Of a stretch of DNA of 64,000 nt, positions 56,749 through 64,000 are shown piece after piece (the stretch's first letter is position 1; each line of letters opens with the position of its first letter). This DNA is from Chloroflexota bacterium (GTDB lineage: Bacteria; Chloroflexota; Dehalococcoidia; UBA6926). Position numbers and translations under genes: made by a program. Where the stretch lies: the NCBI GenBank assembly GCA_026713485.1, contig JAPOOK010000003.1, positions 4,085 to 68,084 of the forward strand, in the 5' to 3' direction. The notes under the pieces were generated by a model that saw only the letters and a program-made list of their open reading frames with translations, had not been told where the DNA came from and made no database searches.

Positions 56749-59427
56749 ATGCTGCTGACCCGCCTCGCGCTGTTTCTTCGGCTTGTCCTGACGCCGTTCG
56801 GCGCCGTTATTGCATTCGTCGAGTCGCTTTTTGAGCGTTACGGCATGATTCCCACCCGTCTTGCTCTGCGCGTGCGGATCATAACGCTCATCCTTCTTCT
56901 GGCTCTCATCGTGGGTGGTATCTGGTCGTACACGCGGCTGCAGGTCGAGTATCTGCCGTCGGTGGATTTCCCTTTGGTCACGGTCGTCACGTTTTACCCG
57001 GGGGCGAGCCCCGATACCGTCCTTGAGGATGTGACGATTCCGATCGAGAAGATCCTGCAGGAGCAGGAGGACGTAAAACTTGTTCAGTCCACCTCGGCGC
57101 TCAATCTGTCGGTCGTCTCTGCGGAGTTCGCGTTCGGCACGGACACGGCGGCGATTGAGGAGGCCGTGCAGGGGGAGGTTGACCAACTCCAGCTGCCACC
57201 ACCCGTCGGCACGCCGAACGTTGGGCGGCTGAACTTTGAACAGTTCCCGGTGCTGCAGGTGTCGGCGAGGAGCAATCTGCCGCCAGAGGAGCTGCAAACG
57301 ATTGTGGAACGCGACATTCTCCCGCGGCTGAGGGAAGTTCCGGGCGTCGAGAGCGCGGACATTCCCGCCAACGCGGGCGGGAAAGGCGTTATCAGCCGGA
57401 CGAACGGGCAGCCGAGCCTGACCATCGATGTGGTCAAAGGGGCTGACGACAACACGGTCCAGGTGGTGAACGCCGCGCTTGCGGAGCTGGACGACATCAA
57501 GGCGGGGCTGCCGGCCGACATCCAGTTCACGGAGATTTCCAACCAGGGGCCGGAGATCCAGGATTCCATCGACTCGCTGGGCCGGGAGGTGGCGCTTGGG
57601 GCATTCTTGGCCATCCTGGTGATTCTTGGGTTCCTGCTGAGCGTCCGTCCGACGTTTGTCACAGGTATCTCTATCCCTGCCAGCCTTCTTGCGGGCATCA
57701 TCGTCATGAACCTACAGGGGATGAGCCTTAACGTGGTCACGCTTGGCGCTTTAGCCATCGCCGCAGGACGAGTGGTAGATGACTCCATCGTCGTGATGGA
57801 GAATATCTATCGACACATCCAGGATGGCGAGGACCGGCTGCACGCCGCGTTTGAAGGTACGAAAGAGGTCGCCCTGCCCATCACCATCGCAACTATGACG
57901 ACGATTGCCGTCTTTGCGCCGCTTGGGTTTATCGGCGGCATCGTAAGCGAATTCTTCTTGCCGTTCGCGCTTGTGATTACCTATGCGCTGCTGGCCTCCC
58001 TGCTTGTGGCGTTGACCGCGGTGCCAGTGCTGGCAAGCCTCCTAATCAAGAGGCACGCGACGGACACGGCTGAGGAGGTTCTTTCCCGGCGAATTATCCG
58101 TATCTACACGCCGTTGATCACCTGGGCGCTGGGGCATCGGCTTTACACGATCCTCGGCGCAATCCTCCTGTTCGCGGGCAGCATGTCACTGCTCGCCAAC
58201 ATCCCCATCGGATTCCTGCCGGGGAGCGTGCAGAATGTCCTGAGCATTGAGATAGACACGCCTCCCACCACCAGCCCGGATGTTGTTGCCGGCTATCTGA
58301 ATGAGGCGGAGGCACAGCTCGAGGAACTGCGGCTCGCCGGAGACGTTGAGGCGTATACATCGCAAGTTGGTGGCGGCTTCGGGTTCGGCGGGCCGGGCGG
58401 CGGCCTGACGACCATCAACATGTCGGCCCGCTTGGCGGAAGACGTAGACGCGCTGGCGATGTCTGATCGGCTGCAGGAGGCGTTTTCCGGCCCCGACCGC
58501 ACGGTCTTTATCGAACAGGCGCAGGGCGGCGGGCCGCCGGCGGGCGGACTAGAGGTCCGGCTGATCAGCGAGGACTACTTGCGGCTCATCGAGGCGTCCG
58601 ACAGACTCATTGGCCCGGTGGCCGAGCTTGACGGCGTCATCAACGTCCGTTCCGATGCCATAGAAATTTCTGGGTCGAACCCACTCGGCGCTGCGTTTAT
58701 TCCCATCACTCGCATCGATGGGCGGCGCACGGTGACAATCTCCGGCGTCATCACGGCGCAGGACACGAGGGCTGTGAGCGCAGAGATCGACCGTATAGTC
58801 GACGAGGTGGGGCTGCCGCCGGGTGTGGAGCGCGAGACGGGCGGTGTGTTCAGCGACATCCAAGAGGTCTTCACGCAGATGGTCATCGCCATGGGCATCG
58901 GCGCAGTGCTCGTCTATGCGGTGATGTTCGTGGCGCAGCGTTCATTCATAACTCCAATGATTATCCTGATCGCCGTGCCGCTGGCGTTCACGGGCGCAAT
59001 AACCGCATTGTTCCTCACCGGACGGGCGCTCAGCCTGCCGGGTCTGATGGGACTGCTGATGCTGATCGGATTGGTCGTCACCAACGCCGTCGTCCTGATC
59101 GCCTTTGTGGACCAAGTGCGGGGACGCGGCGCGCGTATTCGTGACGCACTTATCCAGGGCGGGCAAGCGCGCATCCGCCCCATCCTGATGACGGCGCTGA
59201 CGACGAGCTTTGTGTTGCTGCCCCTCGCGCTTGAGGAGGGCCAGTCCAGCGGTATTATCGGCGCGGAGCTGGCCACGGTAATCATCGGCGGCCTGATGAC
59301 ATCCACTGTGCTCACGCTTGTCGTGATTCCCGTCGTCTACCGCCTCCTGCGGCGAGAGAATCGCGAATTGCCGGACACGCCACTCACAGGGAGGCAAGGC
59401 GTCGCCCCGGCGGGCGGCACTGAGTAA
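56749..59427 (+). CDS. AcrB/SwrC-type RND transporter, shortened
   Basis: YPGASP, GRVVDDSIVVMENI, GLVVTNA, RIRPILMTALT; 892 aa; alternative start 56845. Confidence 0.92.
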   Translation: MLLTRLALFLRLVLTPFGAVIAFVESLFERYGMIPTRLALRVRIITLILLLALIVGGIWSYTRLQVEYLPSVDFPLVTVVTFYPGASPDTVLEDVTIPIEKILQEQEDVKLVQSTSALNLSVVSAEFAFGTDTAAIEEAVQGEVDQLQLPPPVGTPNVGRLNFEQFPVLQVSARSNLPPEELQTIVERDILPRLREVPGVESADIPANAGGKGVISRTNGQPSLTIDVVKGADDNTVQVVNAALAELDDIKAGLPADIQFTEISNQGPEIQDSIDSLGREVALGAFLAILVILGFLLSVRPTFVTGISIPASLLAGIIVMNLQGMSLNVVTLGALAIAAGRVVDDSIVVMENIYRHIQDGEDRLHAAFEGTKEVALPITIATMTTIAVFAPLGFIGGIVSEFFLPFALVITYALLASLLVALTAVPVLASLLIKRHATDTAEEVLSRRIIRIYTPLITWALGHRLYTILGAILLFAGSMSLLANIPIGFLPGSVQNVLSIEIDTPPTTSPDVVAGYLNEAEAQLEELRLAGDVEAYTSQVGGGFGFGGPGGGLTTINMSARLAEDVDALAMSDRLQEAFSGPDRTVFIEQAQGGGPPAGGLEVRLISEDYLRLIEASDRLIGPVAELDGVINVRSDAIEISGSNPLGAAFIPITRIDGRRTVTISGVITAQDTRAVSAEIDRIVDEVGLPPGVERETGGVFSDIQEVFTQMVIAMGIGAVLVYAVMFVAQRSFITPMIILIAVPLAFTGAITALFLTGRALSLPGLMGLLMLIGLVVTNAVVLIAFVDQVRGRGARIRDALIQGGQARIRPILMTALTTSFVLLPLALEEGQSSGIIGAELATVIIGGLMTSTVLTLVVIPVVYRLLRRENRELPDTPLTGRQGVAPAGGTE

Positions 59428-59433
59428 GACCGC

Positions 59434-60258
59434 TCACCCCTCGCCGAATAGCCCATTCTCCATGTCTTCAGAGTCGGAAACCGGCGGTATCAGCCGGGCG
59501 TAGACCTCACGAGGCGCGAGGTGGCGGCGGAGTCTCGGCGAAAGCAACTCCCATCGCCGCATCCACCATGCTCCTTCTCTAAGTGCCGTCGTGTAGCACC
59601 GTGCGGCTTCCAGCCGTTGTGCCAGGACACCCCGCACATCAATGGTCGTCGTTGGCCGCTGCGACTCCTGTGCGATCCGCAGGGCGTCACGCACGTCGTC
59701 CAGGTTCTTTCGCCGCGTCAACCGTCCGATACGCAGTCCAGCCGCGAGTTGTCGCCGACCAAAGACTGCAGCGTAGAGGCGCGGCGCGGTGACGCCCGTC
59801 ATCGATCCGACGGCCTGCAGGGTGGCCGCTCCGGTGAGGATGTGGTTGAGGTTGCCGGTGGCGCCGGTCGCGTCGAAGGTTATGACGACGTCGGGGCGGA
59901 GTCCACGGAGTTCGGCGCGAATCGCATTGGTGAGATGGGGAAGGGTTCCCTCGCCCAGTGCCCCCGCCTGCGCCGGGGATTCGGAGCGGTCAGGAGCGGA
60001 GAGGAACGTGTTGGCGGTGATGCCGAGAGTGTTGGCTGCAGCTTCGAGTTCAGAGAGGCGTTGCGGCGTTGGCCTGCCGTCCGGCTCCGGGCCGAAAGGG
60101 CCGTATATGACATGAACATGGTGGCCGCGTGATGCGTAGAGCGCCAGTGTGCCGCCGATGATGAACGTCTCATCGTCCGGGTGGGCAAGGACGGCGACGA
60201 TGGTGCGCGGTGTCGTCTCAACCTGCTCAGAGCGGCCGTTTGAGCCTGTCTGCGTCAT
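59434..60258 (-). CDS. PIG-L/LmbE-family deacetylase-like protein
   Basis: AHPDDE, R..EL..A...LG, RPDVVITFD; second motif degenerate (NLNH). Confidence 0.82.
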   Translation of the reverse strand: MTQTGSNGRSEQVETTPRTIVAVLAHPDDETFIIGGTLALYASRGHHVHVIYGPFGPEPDGRPTPQRLSELEAAANTLGITANTFLSAPDRSESPAQAGALGEGTLPHLTNAIRAELRGLRPDVVITFDATGATGNLNHILTGAATLQAVGSMTGVTAPRLYAAVFGRRQLAAGLRIGRLTRRKNLDDVRDALRIAQESQRPTTTIDVRGVLAQRLEAARCYTTALREGAWWMRRWELLSPRLRRHLAPREVYARLIPPVSDSEDMENGLFGEG

Positions 60259-60377
60259 GCCGTGAGGCCGTTCATCGTGCCCCGCGCATTCGGTGTGCGG
60301 GACGCCTATAATGGACGGAACCCCAACCGGTTTCCGAAACAAGCATCGGACGGGAGGGGCCATCGAGGGGAGGCAAA

Positions 60378-61283
60378 ATGCGGATCGGCGGATTTGAAGT
60401 ACAGGAACCACTGCCGGAATTACGTGATCCGCACATATTCGCCATCCTCCAGCCGTGGATCGATGTCGGCTCGGTGGGCACGCTCACCCTCGGCACGCTT
60501 GAGTCACAGTTTAACGCCACGGAGTTGGGTCGGCTCGCCCGCCCCAGCCAGTTCTATGACCTGACGCGCTACCGCCCTATGCTCTATCGCCGCGGTGGAG
60601 AGCGGGTCGTGGAGATTCCGAATACCATCGTGCGATATGCGCAGGGGGATGGCGGCAACGATTTCGTCTTCCTGCACATCCTTGAGCCGCATTCCAACGG
60701 CGAGGATTTTGTAGAGTCCCTGCTGGAGTTGGCGGATCGGTTGAACGTGCAGCGTTACTGCCAGGTGGGGGCGATGTACGGCTCCACCCCGCACACCCGA
60801 CCGCTGCTGGCAAGCGGCCAGGCGTCTGATCCCAACGTGCAGACCATTCTTGAGCGCGCAGGTGTGCGCTCATCCAACTATGAGGGCCCGACCAGCATGA
60901 TGGCCATCGCCACGCAGGAGCTGGTCAAGCGCGGCGTCGAAACACTCTCGGCTCTGATCCAGCTGCCTCCCTACGCGCGGCTGGAGGAGGATCATCGCGG
61001 GCAGGAAAAGCTGTTGAAACTCCTCTCACCCATCTACAGCTTCCAGATACCGGACCTCACCAAGATTGAGCAGGACGGCGACAGGCAGTACGCGGAGATT
61101 GACCGGATGGCGCAGCGGGAGCCGCGCGTCCGCTCCCTCGTCAAACAGCTAGAAGAGGCCTACGACAGCGAGGTGGGGTCAAACCAGGGCGAGATCGGCG
61201 AGATGGACGAACAGCAGGAGCCGCCTCGCCTGGCGCCGGACGTGGAGGACTTCCTGCGGGAGCTGGAGCGGCGCGACGAGTAG
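60378..61283 (+). CDS. PAC2 (proteasome assembly chaperone-like) family protein
   Basis: W.DVG.VG, FYDLTRYRP, EPH, PHTRP, YEGPTS, LPPY, VKQLEEAYD, VEDFLR. Confidence 0.85.
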   Translation: MRIGGFEVQEPLPELRDPHIFAILQPWIDVGSVGTLTLGTLESQFNATELGRLARPSQFYDLTRYRPMLYRRGGERVVEIPNTIVRYAQGDGGNDFVFLHILEPHSNGEDFVESLLELADRLNVQRYCQVGAMYGSTPHTRPLLASGQASDPNVQTILERAGVRSSNYEGPTSMMAIATQELVKRGVETLSALIQLPPYARLEEDHRGQEKLLKLLSPIYSFQIPDLTKIEQDGDRQYAEIDRMAQREPRVRSLVKQLEEAYDSEVGSNQGEIGEMDEQQEPPRLAPDVEDFLRELERRDE

Positions 61284-61317
61284 TGTTTGATCGTGCTGTC
61301 GGGGTGGGACAGTTGGC

Positions 61318-62010
61318 ATGAGGCGTTACCAAATACGGCGTTCCGGGCGCATTGTGCCGGGCGCTATTCTCATTGCGCTGGGTTTGATTTTCCTTGCGGG
61401 CAACCTGTGGTCGTTTGACCTGTGGGAGATCCTGGGGCCGGTGGTGCTGATTGCACTGGGGCTCGTATGGATCGTACGTGGGCCGTTGTGGCTGGGTGTA
61501 GTGAGCCTCGCCGCAGGCGGAATCTTTCTGGCGGATACTCTGGGTGCACGCGTCGACATGGGGACGTATTGGCCGGTGCTGATCGTCGCGCTGGGAGTCG
61601 GCATCCTGCTGGAGCGGAACAACGTGGGCAGAAGACGGGCAGTCCCTATCCCCGACGCGCCAGAGATTCTCACGGACGACGAGAGCACGATCGACGTGTC
61701 CGCGACGTTTTCAGGCGCGAACAGGACGGTCACGTCGCAGTCATTTGCAGGCGGTTCCGTAGCGGCAACGTTTGGGAGCGTTGAGATTGACCTGCGGCAA
61801 GCGAAGCTGCATGAGAACGGGGCGGACCTCCAGGTGTCCGCGACGTTTGGCGGTGTCACGCTCCACGTCCCGCGCGATTGGGTCATCCATCAGAACGGTT
61901 CCTCGGTCCTGTCCGGCGTTGACGATGTGCGCAGCAATCACCCGACGGAGGGGCCTGTGCTGCGCCTACGAACGTCATCGACACTTGGGAGCGTAACCAT
62001 CGAGGACTAG
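61318..62010 (+). CDS. LiaF/DUF2154-like membrane protein
   Basis: Four TM helices with WPVLIVALG, then F.GG.V.ATFGSVEIDLR and VP.DW.I beta domain. Confidence 0.78.
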   Translation: MRRYQIRRSGRIVPGAILIALGLIFLAGNLWSFDLWEILGPVVLIALGLVWIVRGPLWLGVVSLAAGGIFLADTLGARVDMGTYWPVLIVALGVGILLERNNVGRRRAVPIPDAPEILTDDESTIDVSATFSGANRTVTSQSFAGGSVAATFGSVEIDLRQAKLHENGADLQVSATFGGVTLHVPRDWVIHQNGSSVLSGVDDVRSNHPTEGPVLRLRTSSTLGSVTIED

Positions 62011-62159
62011 TTTTCTCGGCCCGTGATCTGTCCTGAGTGACCTCTTGGTTTGGTTCGCCGCGTTCCGACTATGGCGGCACTTCACGACTCCGGATACTAT
62101 TTTCATACCAACCCTCAGGCATGCTTCGACGAGAATGACGTGGAAGAGTAGGAGGGGTC

Positions 62160-62888
62160 ATGGATTCGAATAGAGCGGGGACGCCGGCTCTCGTTGTGTG
62201 GGCGCAGATCATCGCGATGATGGTCCTGGGCATGGTGTTTGCGCTGGGCCTTGGCTATTTCTTCTCTGATGAGCCGCTGACCAGATTCGTGAGCATCGGC
62301 CTGGTATTCGGACTGTCAAGCGTCGCGTCTGTGCGAAAACGGCACCTAGCGAGCCTGATGGTCTTCGTCGGCGGTCTGATCTGGTTTCTCCAGTTGGTCG
62401 TCTGGGACGACATGACCTGGTTGTCGTTGGTGGGCTGGGCGCTCGTCGTCGCAGGCCTCATCGTATGGGCTTTGTTTAGCCACCGTGGCGGGAGCGACGG
62501 CGCGTCCGACACAGATGATGGAGAACGGGTTACCGGTACCAGCGTGGAAGAGACTGCCGAGGACGAGATTCGCTTCAATGGGACCGCCGCCAGCGCCAAG
62601 CGTATCGTAACGTCACAGGCATTCCGTGGCGGCGAGGTGTCCGTGTCTCTCGGCGCGCTTGAAATCGACCTGACTCCTGCCCAGTTGGCGGAGGACGGCG
62701 CAACCCTCGCGCTCTCATCTCAGATGGGTAATGTCGTTCTGCGCGTCCCCGGTGATTGGGTAGTTGAGATCAACGGCGACTTCAAGTTGGGCACCGTCAA
62801 TGACGAACGCTCCACCCAACCAACTGAAGGGCCGCAGTTGAGGCTCAACGTCAACACGACGATGGGCGCTGTCCACATCACCGACTAG
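62160..62888 (+). CDS. LiaF/DUF2154-like membrane protein (paralog)
   Basis: Four TM helices and C-terminal VTSQAFRGGEV..LG.LEIDL..VPGDWVV domain homologous to the upstream gene. Confidence 0.75.
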   Translation: MDSNRAGTPALVVWAQIIAMMVLGMVFALGLGYFFSDEPLTRFVSIGLVFGLSSVASVRKRHLASLMVFVGGLIWFLQLVVWDDMTWLSLVGWALVVAGLIVWALFSHRGGSDGASDTDDGERVTGTSVEETAEDEIRFNGTAASAKRIVTSQAFRGGEVSVSLGALEIDLTPAQLAEDGATLALSSQMGNVVLRVPGDWVVEINGDFKLGTVNDERSTQPTEGPQLRLNVNTTMGAVHITD

Positions 62889-62923
62889 GAGAGAGAGGTC
62901 GTGGCCGCCTTCCCTGAGGCGAG

Positions 62924-64000
62924 CTAGCCCAGATCAGGAGCGCGCGCGTGCCAGTCTGTGGTCTGTTGGTAGGCGTGGCCAACGTTGAAGGCGGTCTGTT
63001 CGTCCCAGGCTTTGGTGACGATCTGCATTCCGGCGGGCAGGCCGGATGAGTCGAATCCGATGGGGACGCTGAGGGCAGGCATTCCCGTGAGGTTGAACGG
63101 GAAGAGGTTGCGCGTTCGGAGGAATGAGGCCTCCTCCTCGCCGTCGCCCACCTGCACCATGATCTGGCCGAGCTTGGCGGCGGTATACGGCACGGTCGGC
63201 ATCACAAGAACGTCGTAGCGCTGCAGGGCGCTTCGGACGGACTCTTCCCACACGGCGCGGGCTGTCTGGGCGTTCACATAGTCCATGGCGGGGATGGCAT
63301 AGCCGGGGATGAGCCGATCAAGGATGGCGTAGCCGTACTCGCCGCCCCGGCCCTCTTGAATCCATTTGTGGTGATAGGCGGCAGCCTCTGCGGGGAGGAT
63401 GGTGGCAAATAGGGCGGGTAAGACGTCCGTGTGGTCCAGAACCACGTCCTCGAGCTGAATTCCCATCCCGCGCAGAACATCATACGCCTGCTCATTGAGC
63501 TGGGCGACCTCCGGAACGATGGGCTCCCAGAAGTAGCCACGGACGATGCCGGCTCGGATGCGGCTCACGTCCGCATCAAGATTTGCGGCGTAGTCCGGGA
63601 CGGGCAGTCGTGACGTCGTTTCGTCCTTGGTGTCGTGGCCGGAGATGGCGCTCAGGACAAGCGCGGCATCCTCAACGCTGCGAGCGAGTGGGCCTGCATG
63701 GTCGAGCGTCCATGCCAACGGGACGACTCCGAAGCGGCTGACCCGGCCAAAGGACGGCTTGATGCCGGTGACGCCGTTGAAGTGGGAGGGGTTGCGTATG
63801 GAGGCGGCGGTGTCAGTGCCAAGGGCCGCGTACGCGAGCCGCGCCGCGACGACCGCGCCGGATCCGCCGCTGGAGCCGCCGGAGCTGCGCTCCTGGTCCC
63901 ACGGGTTGTGCGTGACGCCGTAGTGGGTGTTCTCCGTGGTGCCGCCAAATGCGAACTCGTCCATGTTGGCGCGGCCGATGATGATCGCGCCCGCTCGCCG
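62924..64000 (-). CDS. Amidase-signature (GatA-like) amidase; 5' end beyond window
   Basis: GGSSGGS, GTDTAASIRNP, GIKPSFGRVS, G.PALSVP; frame open to 64000 (AIIIGRANMDEF). Confidence 0.92.
   Translation of the reverse strand, partial: RRAGAIIIGRANMDEFAFGGTTENTHYGVTHNPWDQERSSGGSSGGSGAVVAARLAYAALGTDTAASIRNPSHFNGVTGIKPSFGRVSRFGVVPLAWTLDHAGPLARSVEDAALVLSAISGHDTKDETTSRLPVPDYAANLDADVSRIRAGIVRGYFWEPIVPEVAQLNEQAYDVLRGMGIQLEDVVLDHTDVLPALFATILPAEAAAYHHKWIQEGRGGEYGYAILDRLIPGYAIPAMDYVNAQTARAVWEESVRSALQRYDVLVMPTVPYTAAKLGQIMVQVGDGEEEASFLRTRNLFPFNLTGMPALSVPIGFDSSGLPAGMQIVTKAWDEQTAFNVGHAYQQTTDWHARAPDLG

Overview
GC-rich bacterial chromosome segment. The gene content (PAC2 protein, MaoC double-hotdog, FAA hydrolase, Ldh-2, split PntA, corrinoid salvage genes) suggests Chloroflexota/Dehalococcoidia, possibly SAR202-like; this is inference only. 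Most of the window is housekeeping or metabolic: argF-der-plsY-gpsA-pgi/pmi, dnaN, dnaJ, gyrB, rplY, comM, cobO-cobT-cobS-cobU, fpr, a DUF1998 helicase, serS, pntAA/AB/B, tRNA-Ser(TGA) and sucCD. The most striking element is an intact four-gene phage-derived structural operon at 25.5-29.4 kb (HK97-type major capsid protein, adaptor-like protein, 661-aa propeller/hub-like protein, small OB-like protein). No terminase, portal, integrase or lysis gene is recognisable near it, and it is divergent from a coupled TPR operon. It is a candidate domesticated GTA-like or capsid-nanocompartment system. Other points: serS appears to start at an ATT codon; an RND transporter lacks both docking subdomains; GyrB has a large insert with a clamp-binding-like motif; Rex/CRP-like operators recur before redox genes; a motif is repeated three times upstream of an RRM gene; and dRS3/REP-like palindromes bracket accessory genes. 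All family assignments are from motif recognition, not database searches.
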